Shown: piece after piece, positions 12,525-24,397 of the stretch
Position numbering within the stretch: the stretch's first letter is position 1
Layout: every line of letters starts with the position of its first letter
Origin: Flectonema sp. DT1601
Lineage: Eukaryota
Assembly (NCBI GenBank): GCA_964019425.1
Contig: OZ025784.1
Location: forward strand, 1,054,001-1,118,000
Direction: 5' to 3'
DNA length: 64,000 bases
The notes under the pieces: model-generated
Database searches by the model: none
Told to the model about the DNA's origin: nothing
What the model saw: the letters and a program-made list of their open reading frames with translations, nothing else
Position numbers and translations under genes: made by a program

Positions 12525-13584
12525 GAGACTGTGAAGGAAAAAAAGGAAAAAATATATATAAAAAAATATATCTTATATCACTTTATAAAGTTAATGGCCC
12601 GATCGTTGAGCAGTGCATCTTCCTATCAAAACCGCTAGAGCGAATCATAAGATAACACCTGCTTTTGAATGCGGCGGCCTTGAAATGGGAAGGGGGGAAA
12701 AGGAGGGGACTTGGATAAATAAATCAAGGGGGAGTACTATAATTGAAGGCGCCAATAAACATCAGCAATGCAAAAAAAAAAAAAAATACAAAACTTTTCA
12801 CGCGTGCTGAAAGGGTTTAATATTTCGTGTGGGTGATATCCTTTGTAATTCATTTTATCTTTTTTCTTCTTCTTTTTTGTCATACTTGTAAGTTTTTTTT
12901 TTTTTTTTTTTTTTTTTTCCTTTTTTTTGCGACCGAAAAAAAAAGTAAGGGGAGAAGGGACTTGTTGGTGAACAAGAAAAGCAAACAGCAAACTTGCGAA
13001 AAAATAAAAAAGCCAAAAAAAAATGGCCAACAGTCACACTGGTCTTGTTTAGAAATTATACTCAAGGATCACTCGCGGTAAAGTATCCTAAAAGTGGAGC
13101 AAAAACTATCAAAGAAACCATTTTGCAAACAACGAGGAAGCTGCCTCTTCTCTATAGCTAGCAGTTTTAAGACAGCTGCAGCTGAAGAACCAATCAACAG
13201 AAGTAGTAAGGGGTGAAACTTTGACAATGTAAAAACAGTAACAACTTTAACGTATTAATACAAAATTAACATCAAAAGTACTCAACTGAAAAAAAACATT
13301 TGTAGTTTGTTAATCAAAGAAAACGCTCCTAAACATAAAAAGGGAAATTATATGTTTATAGTATAGAGGGGAAAAAAGAGAGGGGGAAAAAAAAATAGAC
13401 CGAAACACAATAAACAAACGTAAGTAAAACATGACATAAAAGTGGGGAATCTTTTTTTTTTTTTGCAATGCAACTACCAACAATAAACCAAACTATGATA
13501 TTTATTCAGAATGAACTAATAATGTTGCTGATCAGTCGAATAATGGCAAAGAAAAAATCGACGAATGATTTAATTTTCTTTTTT

Positions 13585-14853
13585 TTACAAGGACGGGGAC
13601 TTGAACCTGGCATCTGGCTTCCAGCACCTCTTCTCCTCTGCCCAAACAGCTCCATCAGAGGTCAACTTTTCCCAAGCATGAGAGAAGTAGTGCTCAAGAC
13701 TGGTGATGTCAGCAGCAAATTTGCTAACAAGTTTTTTGTATTCGGCATCGAATGTAAGAGCAACATCAGTAGTCATCATCATTAGCTTTGGCTGCTCAGG
13801 AATGTTCCATTGGTACTTACCTCCAGCACCCTTGTAGTAGGTGTAGTTGTGTCCGAAGGTGTCTAAAAGAGTAAAGTATTCATTGTCCCATGCGAATGGA
13901 TCAGTAGTCCATGGTCCTTCAATACCACTTGTGAATGTGTTGAGACCTTTACCATCTCCACAGAGACCTGGCCATGGCTCAGTTGGGTTTTCCATTGGTG
14001 ATGGTCCAGCTCCCTTAGTACAGGCACCGTGAGTACGTCCGAATGCGTGACCACCTCCAATAAGAGCAACAGTCTCAGTGTCATTCATTCCCATTCTTGT
14101 AAAGACATCACGGACTTCAAGAGCACTGTGAGCTGCGTCAGGAACTCCCATAAACCCTTCAGGGTTCACGTAAATAAGACCAACAGTTGAAGTTCCAAGA
14201 GGGGCCTTGCAGTCTCCCTGAATTGGGCAGGCTGGTTGTTCAGGACCAGGTCCTAATGGCTTACTGGAGTTACCATCAGCATCATCAACACGTCCAACAC
14301 AGATCTCAGTAACTGGTCCACCCATGTGAAGGATAGAACCAGTACCAGCTAAGATAAAAAGATCTCCCCAACTAAGAGCATCTCCGTACTTCTCCTTGAT
14401 AGGCCACAGAAGTCCTCTAGCCTTGTCAAGGTTGGTGTTGTCTTTCCAGCTGTTTTCAGGTTGGAAACGTTGACGACCTCCTCCACATCCACCACGTCCG
14501 TCAGTGTTACGGTACGATCCGGAGCAGTGCCATGCGAGACGAACGAACAGTCCTCCGTATGAAGTTCCAACCTTCGAAGTAGCGATAGTGTCTGCTGGCC
14601 AGCAGTCCTGTGATTTGGTCAACATAGTGACAACATCAGCGATGACAGCCTGAATGTTAAGTCCCTTTAACTTTGCGTTATATTGATCAAGAGTTGGGAT
14701 TGGTGCGCTGTCAGCAACTGGAGTTCCGTGAAGTTCTCCTGGGCATTGGGTGCGCTTTGGCAAATCTCCTTCCTTACCAGACAAGGAAGGGAATCCCATC
14801 GCCGTTGGGCACGCGGCCGCGGCGAGCAACACTAGAGGTACCTTAGTCAACAT
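13585..14853 (-). CDS. Secreted catalase-peroxidase (KatG-like), N-terminal catalytic domain only
   Basis: RLAWH, NTNLDKAR, GLIYVNPEG, RMGMNDTETVALIGGGHAFG; signal peptide; 422 aa. Confidence 0.92.
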   Translation of the reverse strand: MLTKVPLVLLAAAACPTAMGFPSLSGKEGDLPKRTQCPGELHGTPVADSAPIPTLDQYNAKLKGLNIQAVIADVVTMLTKSQDCWPADTIATSKVGTSYGGLFVRLAWHCSGSYRNTDGRGGCGGGRQRFQPENSWKDNTNLDKARGLLWPIKEKYGDALSWGDLFILAGTGSILHMGGPVTEICVGRVDDADGNSSKPLGPGPEQPACPIQGDCKAPLGTSTVGLIYVNPEGFMGVPDAAHSALEVRDVFTRMGMNDTETVALIGGGHAFGRTHGACTKGAGPSPMENPTEPWPGLCGDGKGLNTFTSGIEGPWTTDPFAWDNEYFTLLDTFGHNYTYYKGAGGKYQWNIPEQPKLMMMTTDVALTFDAEYKKLVSKFAADITSLEHYFSHAWEKLTSDGAVWAEEKRCWKPDARFKSPSL

Positions 14854-15564
14854 TTTATACTGATAGCTGAAGTAAATATAAATAACAACAACAACTCAAC
14901 ACCATTCAATTCGATACGTAACCTGATCATTAACGGAAGGCATCCTGTTCTCAGAATGGGTACATCACTATGTCCCTTAAAATAGAAATATCATCATCAC
15001 GTGTCCTAAAAGCCTCCGCTGTGCGAGCAACCCACAGCCACCGAAATTTAAAAAAAAGAAACCGTTCATTAGCCTTATATTTCGTTGATCCTGTTGTGGG
15101 AAAATAAATATCGGCTTTCATTCTGAACAGTTTCCTTTACATCGGTACAAAAAAAAAAAAAAAAAAAAAAAAAAATCAACAGCTGATTGTTAACTCATTA
15201 AAGTCATGCCTCGTAATAAATAATGTGGTTTGTCAACAATAATTGACGTGTCGTATTGTAAACTTTGCAAGAAGAAAAAAAAAAAAAAAAAAATGGCAAA
15301 ATACAGAGTTAGAAAAATAGAAGCTAGGTTGTTTGGTAAAAAATAAGAAAAGAAAACGACCGAGTTATTTCGGTGCAGCCAACAACGTTATTTTTATCTT
15401 GTCCACCAGTCGCGATCTAGACCAGGTTGAGGCAACCATGAGGATTACGAGATGATGCTGAAGGAAATACCGATAGCAGCAGACATTGCAGTGAATTCAA
15501 CCAACAAAAAGAAAACCCCCCCAAATAAAACACGCGAATAATTCATTCCGTCTTAGAAATGAAT

Positions 15565-16704
15565 CTACACGGAAAGAACAATTTCAGCAAACTCTTCCGG
15601 ATGGGTTGCGTACATGTGATGTCCAACGTTATCCATTATAAATGTTTTTATAGACGAAGGAAAACTATTAATCTGAGACATGAAAGAATCACTACAAGTG
15701 AAATCATGTCTTCCCATTACAATTGCAATCTTCGTAGACGATGATACTTTAGAAAGACTTTCAAGAAGAGGGGAATGCCAACCCAACTGAGGATGTAAAA
15801 GAGAACGGAGAGGAATCTCACCAGTTACTGGAGCACATTGTAGATGTGACACATAAGTGGATAGCGGTCCTTCATCGAATCCGTACCATTTTCGTCTTTT
15901 TGTTAATATTTTTTTCATGGCTGAATGAGCAAATGGTCCTAACAGTGAAATCATTCTGGATCTCGATAATCCGATAAAGTAAGCGATCCGGATAACTAGT
16001 TTAGTAGAGTTAGTCATCCTATCAATCGTTTCCTTTGATGAAATAATCCCAACAGGAGCAGCCAACAACAATTGATTAACGTCATCAGGATACGCCAATG
16101 TATATGATGCTGCTATAAATCCACCTAAGGAGTGACCAAGTAAATCAATTTCTGCGTTTGGAATATTTCTATCTTTCCATTCCTTTATAGAAGACGTCCA
16201 CCATAAAGACGCTTCCTCAGCAGTGTTTCCTTTAAAATTATCTTTGCTGCTTAGACCGAAACCTAACAGATCTATACACCAGATGTTGTATTTTTTTAAC
16301 AGAGAAGGGATATTTTTTATCCAAATTCCCAGTCCAGCTCCAAGACCGTGAATGCATACGAGAGTCTTTTTATCTGATGAACTTTCTCCACTGGTGAAAT
16401 ACACGGCGTTGATGACTCGATCACGACTGATGGTAGTCTTTCGTTTATCATACTTAATAGAATACTTATCAAGTGTCGTCAGTAAGTCCCCTTCAGCAAA
16501 TAGTAATTCTTCTTCGCTTGACGGTAGTTTCCACAATGTTTTGTATCCAACTAACCACGCTCCAGCCATCATTAAAAATTTCTTTGGTCCGCAATACAAC
16601 AACAACCATCCACAAAATATCCAAAACCCTGTTATCACGACCAGTGCGATGTTTATTAATCGAGGACCGTTTCTTCGGTTCATTAATCCTGGTGCTGAAG
16701 ACAT
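15565..16704 (-). CDS. ABHD4/ABHD5-like alpha/beta hydrolase with N-terminal TM segment
   Basis: HGLGAG, IDLLGFGLS, GHSLGG nucleophile elbow, GHHMY. Confidence 0.88.
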   Translation of the reverse strand: MSSAPGLMNRRNGPRLINIALVVITGFWIFCGWLLLYCGPKKFLMMAGAWLVGYKTLWKLPSSEEELLFAEGDLLTTLDKYSIKYDKRKTTISRDRVINAVYFTSGESSSDKKTLVCIHGLGAGLGIWIKNIPSLLKKYNIWCIDLLGFGLSSKDNFKGNTAEEASLWWTSSIKEWKDRNIPNAEIDLLGHSLGGFIAASYTLAYPDDVNQLLLAAPVGIISSKETIDRMTNSTKLVIRIAYFIGLSRSRMISLLGPFAHSAMKKILTKRRKWYGFDEGPLSTYVSHLQCAPVTGEIPLRSLLHPQLGWHSPLLESLSKVSSSTKIAIVMGRHDFTCSDSFMSQINSFPSSIKTFIMDNVGHHMYATHPEEFAEIVLSV

Positions 16705-17278
16705 CTTTATCAACTATCTTTTTAAAAGAGATGAGAATTACTTTTTGCGGGGGATAACTTTTGATACCTTTATTAAATATAAAGCAACTTGAATTTGGAT
16801 AAAAATCATGTGTGCCGTCGAATATGGGGATTCGAGGGCCCTGTACTACAGCTTTTTAATTTGCAGGGGGTGAAGAATAACTGTCTCCCGACAACATATT
16901 TGAAATCTGTTTTTTTAAAAATAGAGTTTTTAAAAATATCAAAAGATTTCATTTTTATTTTACTTCGAATGGTAAAGAAGCCTCTCATGGGATCTCTTTG
17001 TTGTTGTTTTTTTTTTTTTCCTTCTTCTTCAGACAATGACAGACAAAACAAATGCCTTCCTACTCATGTGGCACATGTTTTTTTATTTTTCCTTTCCTTC
17101 GTATTTTTTTTTTTTTTTTTTTTTTTTTTGGTGCTATAATCACAGCAGACTGGGGTGGGTTCGCTTGCGAACGTGCAATCCTTAATTGCGCTATATTGAA
17201 GATAACGTCTGTGATTCCTGTTTACTCACAGTTAGTGAATGAGGACCAATGTCATGACACATCATAATTGTGTATTTG

Positions 17279-18058
17279 TTACTTAGAAACTCTTTCGTAA
17301 ACCTTTTCAAGGATAGCGTTAATTGCTACAGCTGTTTGGGTTTCAGGAAAAGCTGCTGTGAAATGTTTGCCGTCGTCTTCACATAAAGACAGACGAGGGT
17401 CAATCGGAATCTTTCCTAAGAATGGAACAGAAAAGTCTTTTGCGAGAGCTTCACCACCTCCCTGAGAAAATATTGGAGTGCAATCAGAGCAATGTGGACA
17501 CACAAAACCTGACATATTCTCAACAATACCCGAGACAGGAAGATTTAACTTGTTACAGAATGAAAGTTCTTTCCGAACGTCATCACAGGCAACTTTTTGT
17601 GGACCAGTCACCATAATAGCTCCTATGTTATTTAATCCTTGTAGTACTTCGCAAAGTGTTATGTGTTCGTCGCTGGTGCCAGGTGGGGTGTCAATCACGA
17701 TAGCGTCGAGGTCACCCCACTGAACTTGGTTTATAAATTGTTTTATGCAGCTGTCTTTTTTAGGACCTCTCCAAACTACTGCGTCAGTTCTTTGATTTGG
17801 TAGTAAATATTGAATTGACATCACTTTGATACCACTCTCTGATGTGACAGGAATCCATGTTCCTCCTTCTCCTTGAGTTACATCTGCATTTTGAACACCC
17901 ATAATCATCGGTACTGATGGTCCGCACAGATCGATGTCGAGAATACCAACTTTCTTTCCTTTCTCAGCTAATCCCATCGCAAGCTGACATGCGACAGTAC
18001 TCTTACCAACTCCTCCTTTACCACTCAAGACTACTATCTTGTGTTTGACGTTTTGCAT
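17279..18058 (-). CDS. NUBP2: Cytosolic Fe-S assembly P-loop NTPase Cfd1/NUBP2
   Basis: GKGGVGKS, DIDLCGPS, VVWRGPKK, DTPPGTSDEH, ENMSGFVCPHC; lacks the N-terminal Cys cluster of Nbp35. Confidence 0.88.
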   Translation of the reverse strand: MQNVKHKIVVLSGKGGVGKSTVACQLAMGLAEKGKKVGILDIDLCGPSVPMIMGVQNADVTQGEGGTWIPVTSESGIKVMSIQYLLPNQRTDAVVWRGPKKDSCIKQFINQVQWGDLDAIVIDTPPGTSDEHITLCEVLQGLNNIGAIMVTGPQKVACDDVRKELSFCNKLNLPVSGIVENMSGFVCPHCSDCTPIFSQGGGEALAKDFSVPFLGKIPIDPRLSLCEDDGKHFTAAFPETQTAVAINAILEKVYERVSK

Positions 18059-18297
18059 TTTGATGTGAATAAATATCTGATTAGAAAAATATTACTTTTT
18101 GATGATGTACTTTTTTATTGTTTTTGCTCTAAGTTTGCGTATTTCACAATTAAATAATTTTTTTTTTTTTTTTTCTAAATAAGTAATAACTAATAAATAC
18201 AATTAAATAATAACTTTTTTTTGTTTTCTAATCTACGAAAACTCGTGAAGAACTTACATAAAAACTGATTTTCCAAACTTCTTCTTTTTTTTTTTTT

Positions 18298-19524
18298 TTA
18301 GCCAAACTTCGCAAAATCATGAGGAGGAGGTTCGAATCGAACTTGTTTATCCATTTCATCCTGACGATAGTTTCTAATTAATTTTAATTCTTTTCTCTGC
18401 TTATCGGATATTTTCCAAGTAGTTCTTCTGAGTTGTTTTCCTCTCGATTCCTCAAGTAGTGTTCTAAATATTTTTCTCTGACGAAATCCTCTAAACAGTG
18501 CCTGGATTCGAACGATAGCTGCAGATTTGATCTCTGCTTTTTCAAGAGGAGATAGTTTTCTTACGAACCCGATATCATCTTTTCTGATCAGCATAGTTGA
18601 TAGCAAACAAACAAACAAACATCCAACCGCAATAAAAAAAAACACCACAACAGAAAGTGGGAATATCGTACTGGAACTTTCAACAAGAGTTAAGTGAGAT
18701 TCAACTTCTTCGAGTGTCCTTGGAGAGAAGATGTTGGTATCTTTCCATAAATCACTACTGCAATTACCGACAGTATCAGTTTGGATTATCGAAGTCATGT
18801 TAATTTGATTAGCAATGTGAAGCGCTGTTGTTGTTCCATCTGACTGTCCGCTACCAGTAAACTCCAATTGATCAATCAACATAGACGGAGATAATGAATA
18901 AGCAACAAATGGAAGCATCACAGTAACTGAGTAGTTTGATGCCATTCGAGGAATGATACTCGGAATCACGAGTGTGTACGTCAAGTTCGATCCCGTCGGA
19001 GGTATACTTTCACGAGTCGGGTCTTGTCCCATAATTATAAATCTTGTATCGGATGCTATGACATATGAAATCTTTATTGTTTCTTGACCATTAGGAACAT
19101 GCAACCCATTCCATAATATAACAGAACGATCACCTCTAGACACGTGTCGATATGTAAGTGTTGGATAGTTTCTTGATGTGACTTTTACATCTCTGATTGG
19201 GAAGTCGATGTATCTCTCACCTCCTCTTAGAATCTCTCCGTTGTATGGAATGGTGTATGTCAATTCTTCTTCAACTTCTATAACTGTGCCATTATCACAA
19301 TTCAGTGAGAGAGTCCCTTCATAGTCAGTGAGACTTCCTTTTCCATTAAGTACTCTCGCAAAGTCATGTCTTTTATTGAACGTTCCGAGTATTCCAAACC
19401 ACAATAGAACTGACACAGCAATCCATCCGGAGACAACAACTTTACGAGTTGTGTATTTATCAATATCTGGTAGTTGATTGCGTACTTTGGTATAATTAGA
19501 TTTTATTGTCTCTATTAAGGGCAT
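18298..19524 (-). CDS. Membrane protein with lumenal beta-rich domain, second TM and cytosolic IQ motif
   Basis: Two hydrophobic segments; IQALFRGFRQRK IQ motif. Confidence 0.75.
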   Translation of the reverse strand: MPLIETIKSNYTKVRNQLPDIDKYTTRKVVVSGWIAVSVLLWFGILGTFNKRHDFARVLNGKGSLTDYEGTLSLNCDNGTVIEVEEELTYTIPYNGEILRGGERYIDFPIRDVKVTSRNYPTLTYRHVSRGDRSVILWNGLHVPNGQETIKISYVIASDTRFIIMGQDPTRESIPPTGSNLTYTLVIPSIIPRMASNYSVTVMLPFVAYSLSPSMLIDQLEFTGSGQSDGTTTALHIANQINMTSIIQTDTVGNCSSDLWKDTNIFSPRTLEEVESHLTLVESSSTIFPLSVVVFFFIAVGCLFVCLLSTMLIRKDDIGFVRKLSPLEKAEIKSAAIVRIQALFRGFRQRKIFRTLLEESRGKQLRRTTWKISDKQRKELKLIRNYRQDEMDKQVRFEPPPHDFAKFG

Positions 19525-19680
19525 CCTGACTTCAATCTGATTCTCTCTTTTCCATCGTCGTGTTGACTAATCTGAAAAAAAAAATAAAAATAAAAATGAA
19601 ATTTAACGAAATCTAATAAATGCATATCTCCGTTGGCCATTAAAACAAAAGTAAAAAAAAAAAATTATATAATTGAGCCT

Positions 19681-19800
19681 TTGATCTTGTTCGGTTATTC
19701 CTGAGGGGGTGAAGTATAATAAGAGTTAAAGTATTCACTCGCACAGGTCTTGGCGCTGATCGTCAGAAATCAGAAAATCCTTTACGAACACACACAAAAT
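19681..19800. repeat. Family-A dispersed repeat, copy 1
   Basis: TTCCTG-GGGGTGAAGTA...CACTCGCACAGGTCTTGGCGCTG...CAGAAATCAGAAAA-CC-TTACGAACAC shared with copies at 30343, 45185 and 61605. Confidence 0.85.
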
Positions 19801-20375
19801 GTTTTCTTTTTATCAATTTCTGATAATTAGATTTTATTGTCTCCATTAGGGTCATCCTGACTTCAATCTGATTCTCTCTTTTCCATCATCGTATTGACTA
19901 ATCTGAAAAAATAAAAAAAAAAAAATGAAATTGTCAGAGTAAGAAACGTTACGAAATTTAATAAATGCATATCTCTGGGGTTGCCATTAAAACAAAAGTA
20001 AAAAAAAAATTAAAATGTAACAAAAAAGGTTCTTCAAAAAAAAGCAACCAGAAAAAAAAATAAAAACTCTCTCGTTTTTTTTTTTTTTTTTTTTTATGTT
20101 TAGCAGAGAGCGTCGATCAATAAAACATAAACAAGCAGCAGGTTTTCGGAAGCTAGTTGTCAACGGCGATCAAAAGAAAAACAACAGAACTGAGAGACTG
20201 ACAAACCACTGAATGGTTGAAAGGCAAATACCAAAACGAAATCTCAAAACAACCTAATACACTCTTGACACTTAAACAAATTGGGAAGAAATTATTAGTA
20301 GTAATTCTGAAAGAACCAGTCAAACAAAAAAAGAAAAAAAAAGAAAAAAAAAATCAACTTACCATCGACCAATTA

Positions 20376-22175
20376 TTATGAATTCTCATATTCGTCTCCC
20401 AAATGCGACATCTGTTGTAGCATTTCCGTTCCTGTAACGATTTGTGTTGTTCCATAGATAACTGATTTCCCTTTGTTTTCCTCGAGTTTTTCCCATTTCT
20501 TCAGATCTTCATATTCAACGTAGTTACCACCACCAGCAACGAATACCAGTGCTTGGTTAAATCGGAGTGGGGTTGGGTCAACTTGTTGGGCTGTTTTAGG
20601 ATCCCAGAAATCTAACTCATCAATAATTGGTTTTGATGAATCAGATCTTCGAAGGATAGCGTCAATCATCCTCGTGTGTGGTAACTGTCTCTGTCCACCA
20701 CTTGCGATGTTTTTAACAAAATCACCTATTTTCCTGGTACTGAAGAAACTCTTAGTAGTCTTTTCCTGATGTCTACCCTTCGCACTGAAATTAGCAGCCA
20801 TGATACGCTGGATACATTTGTATGCCAGGTGGTATTTGCCGTCGACGTCTTCTGGATCAGCGTCGGTTTTTCCGGCTTTTCGGGAAATGTAACCTTCGAG
20901 TTCCTTTGGTTTGTCGGTCTTTTCTCCATCCTCACCTGAGAGGATGCTGTAGACGAGTGCTAGTCTCATTCTATGGCTGAGGGGGATGTCATCGCTCTTA
21001 CAGAGATCTCTAATCTTATCATGGTCGTACTTCGATGCGAACATCATTTCTTCTGCGATTCCGTTGAACTCATCCAGTCGGTGTTTTTTAATTTCTCGAC
21101 TTAAGAGATCACACAGCTGCATGTGTGTTTCCAAACTCCTTTTTCTCTCTGTGTAGGATGAAGCATTTTCCAACGCCTTCATTAAGAATTGCGTTTGTTC
21201 GTTGAGATCAGATTGTTGCTTTTTACGTTTTGATTCTTTTTCTTCTTGATCGATTGCTTTTAGGTATTCTCCCACCTTCTCAATGACTTCACCGACTTCT
21301 TCTCCTGAGAGCTCTTGCCATACTAAATCTTTTTCGTCTACTTCGAATTCTTTTTTTCCTCTCACAACTTTATTTAATGACATCCCCAAAGTATCGTGTA
21401 GCAGTGCTCTGTAAGCAAAAGGCTGAACCAGACCTGTCGATAAATCACAAGTTCGATCTGATAGAAGTAATATGGGCCTGCTAACCTCTGCATGAGGTAA
21501 GTAGTGTTTCATATCTTTTATTTTTGATTTTAATTTTTCAGCAATGTCTATGCATGCTAGGTTTCCTCTTGACCAAGCGATGATCGGGATCATCTGTAAT
21601 GTCAGTAAGACGTGAACAATACCTTCAGCACAACTATCAAGATGTTCATCCAGCTGTTCTACAGTATTCTGACCTGAGTTTAACGTGAAGAAACTGTCAG
21701 GTATATTCAAAGTAAACATATCAGAAACTGGAGCGACAAAGTTTAAAAATTGATCTTTGACTTTAACATTTGTAATACCCCTACGAGGTTGTAATTCCAC
21801 AGCAAGTAATTCCAACAACTTTCTCGGCATTGGAGATGTCCAGTGAATGTTAAATGATTGATACATGTCAGAGACACAATCTTTCGCAATTCTCTTTACA
21901 GCTTCTTCTGTAGGTTGACAGATGTATATTGCAGGGGCGTCTGTGACTGCCTCTCTCGAAGCTGATAGTTTCATGAATAGCGTGACTCCCATTTTCCTCA
22001 AATCTCCTACTTTCAATATCGGAGCGATAAGTCCCATGGCAAAGTCATCATAAATAAGCACGGACCAATTAGGGGACATACTATTCCCCTCTGTGTATCC
22101 AAGTATCTCTTCTAAAGTAGACTTCGTCAACTGTCGCAGAGAAACCTGCCGACCTTCTCTGCTAGGCGTTGACAT
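20376..22175 (-). CDS. SLY1: Sec1/Munc18 family protein Sly1
   Basis: WSVLIYD, LKVGDLRKMGVTL, PAIY..PT, VFVAGGGNYVEY. Confidence 0.9.
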   Translation of the reverse strand: MSTPSREGRQVSLRQLTKSTLEEILGYTEGNSMSPNWSVLIYDDFAMGLIAPILKVGDLRKMGVTLFMKLSASREAVTDAPAIYICQPTEEAVKRIAKDCVSDMYQSFNIHWTSPMPRKLLELLAVELQPRRGITNVKVKDQFLNFVAPVSDMFTLNIPDSFFTLNSGQNTVEQLDEHLDSCAEGIVHVLLTLQMIPIIAWSRGNLACIDIAEKLKSKIKDMKHYLPHAEVSRPILLLSDRTCDLSTGLVQPFAYRALLHDTLGMSLNKVVRGKKEFEVDEKDLVWQELSGEEVGEVIEKVGEYLKAIDQEEKESKRKKQQSDLNEQTQFLMKALENASSYTERKRSLETHMQLCDLLSREIKKHRLDEFNGIAEEMMFASKYDHDKIRDLCKSDDIPLSHRMRLALVYSILSGEDGEKTDKPKELEGYISRKAGKTDADPEDVDGKYHLAYKCIQRIMAANFSAKGRHQEKTTKSFFSTRKIGDFVKNIASGGQRQLPHTRMIDAILRRSDSSKPIIDELDFWDPKTAQQVDPTPLRFNQALVFVAGGGNYVEYEDLKKWEKLEENKGKSVIYGTTQIVTGTEMLQQMSHLGDEYENS

Positions 22176-22666
22176 GGTTATTTTTTTTTTTTTTTTTTTT
22201 TTTGCTTAACGCTTGCTACTACTATCTAGAGGGGGTGAAAATATAACTCTCCATCATTACTCTTTTTAATGTCCACAGCTGTTTGTTACATCAATCAAGG
22301 TTGTGATCATCTATTCACACGCTGTTTTTAAATTATTGAAAATAATAAAATACTCTTTTCATCAACACATAACACAAGTTAAAAAGTTTTATGTACACTT
22401 ACCTGACTGCCAATATGAATAGGATATGGTAATGGCTAATTAATTGTGTGTCTCATCACATACACATACATACATAACACACAGCACACACATATACACA
22501 ACCAGCGGAATAATAGGAGAAATTTAATCACATGACTAGTGAGGCAGGCGCGCATAGAAACAAATAAAAAATAATAATAATAATAATAATAATACACCAA
22601 AGGACAAGACCGAGGTAAAAGAAAAAAAAGAAAATCAAACAATTCTAACGAGTAAATCTTCCAAAA

Positions 22667-23320
22667 CTATTTCTTAACACTCTTCTTAATCATAGGAGAC
22701 GACTTTTTCTTCGGCGGTGATTTTTGTAGTGACCTGGCCGGAGACTTTTGCTTCTTTGGTTTCGGTTGTTTAGCTGTTTTTTGTCCTTTTGTAGACGCCT
22801 TAGCACGTACCGTTTTGTTTGGAAGGTTCGATGTTACTGTCGAAATTTCAGGAGCGTAGTCCCCTCGAACGATAAGGGCTGCCTTTAAATGTGATTCCCT
22901 GGGAGCACTCGAACCGTTAGCACTAGCTACGCGAATCGCATCTTTTACGACGTCATGAAGGTATTCCTCAGCGTGGTACATCAGTGTTGAGACTGCCTTT
23001 GGTCCTAACCGAAGGCCATGATCAGAACCATTATTATTACCTGGGAGGTGATGATCATGATGAACTGCGAGCATGTTTCTCACTTCCCTTTCAAAAGGAG
23101 CTTTAGCAATAATCGGTTTTGTCAGTTTTCTCAATTTCTTAATTTTATTTATGTTCGCTCTGATTCTTGCCTGTCCCGTTAAAGACCGAGTCATCTTTCC
23201 TGCATGTTTCTTCTTTGACATGAATGGTGTCTGGATAGGTCCTCCCGTTGCAGTGTTTTGCACTGGAATCTGAGTGGAGGTAGTTGGCAATGAACCACCT
23301 GAAGCTGTTTTAATTCTCAT
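22667..23320 (-). CDS. Divergent histone H3-like protein with long loop 1 and Lys-rich C-terminal tail
   Basis: IAKAPFEREVR...LRLGPKAVSTLMYHAEEYL...ALIVRGD aligns by eye to the H3 fold (IRKLPFQRLVR...LRFQSSAVMALQEASEAYL...ARRIRGE). Confidence 0.75.
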   Translation of the reverse strand: MRIKTASGGSLPTTSTQIPVQNTATGGPIQTPFMSKKKHAGKMTRSLTGQARIRANINKIKKLRKLTKPIIAKAPFEREVRNMLAVHHDHHLPGNNNGSDHGLRLGPKAVSTLMYHAEEYLHDVVKDAIRVASANGSSAPRESHLKAALIVRGDYAPEISTVTSNLPNKTVRAKASTKGQKTAKQPKPKKQKSPARSLQKSPPKKKSSPMIKKSVKK

Positions 23321-23414
23321 ATCGTAATTTGTTGTTGCCTGATCAAAAAAAGGTTAATATCCCTAATAAAATATTTGCTACGAGAAAAAAATTTATTAAA
23401 AGCATAGTAACAGT

Positions 23415-23449
<35 letters not shown>

Positions 23450-24397
23450 GTTATTGTATCAAAATAATGAGGCAAGGGGGTGGAGGCTAGAAGAATCTCT
23501 CTTCAACAGAAAAAAAGACCCCAAAATATCTTCACAATTCTACACCCCTTTTTTAATATCCTCCTTCAGCACAACCTGGGTAAATTAGCACCTTTTTTGT
23601 TCTTATTTTTGTCTTCCCTCTCTCTTTCGACTTAACGATAGAACGGTGCCGTGCTGTGTATTTTGCTTTTGCTCTGGTTTTTTTTAAACACTTTTAAAAA
23701 TTGACAGTAACATTATTTTATTCTTTTTCTATTATTCTTTTTGGAAGGGTTTTTTTTTTTTTTTTTTTTTTTTTGGGAAGTTACGGGAAGAAAAAAAAAA
23801 AAAAAAAAAACAAGGGGTTTTAAATAATTAATTTATTTTTCTTTCATTTTTTTAACAAACGTGGTTTTAAACAACGGAGTTGGACATGTGTCCAGTCTTC
23901 CCAGGCCATAGCATAACTACCTTTCATCTCACACGCAAAGGTATTTTTGCATTTAACAAGTATTGTAAGAACGAAAAAGAATGATGGACAACACACGTAA
24001 ACTTCCTTTAGCGTTATCAGTTTAAGTCGGTTCACGTTTTCGGGCACAAACAAAACATCAACAAATGTTATATTATTCTCTGTATAGTTTAAGATAAAAG
24101 CCAATTTCTTGTAGTGGTCCAAAGAAACTTTACTTTCAAAAAAAAAAAAAATTTATTAAAAAAAAGAAGAGTAGAATTATTCACACTCATCTTTTTTTCC
24201 CCTTTTTTTTTTTTGTGTATTTTCCAAAAAAAAGTTTGTGTATTTTTTTTTTTTACATAGTTTTTACACCTTTTTTAATATAAATAAACTCTAACGCCAC
24301 CACGTCCATTACGTCACAAAGCGTGCAGTCTATTTTGGCACTTGTGGGTGCTCATTGCTTGATATCAATAATAGCCCTCAACATAGCTATAAAAATA

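Noticed and set aside
13175..13225. + strand CTGAAGA-ACC...GAAGTA...GGT-GAAACTTT, resembling the permuted hammerhead
   Set aside because: Stem II is only 3 bp and there is no stem I; chance or heavily decayed.
19730..19790. Family-A repeat as a twister or hammerhead ribozyme
   Set aside because: CTGACGA occurs in one copy only, there is no GAAA, and twister pseudoknots cannot be assigned.
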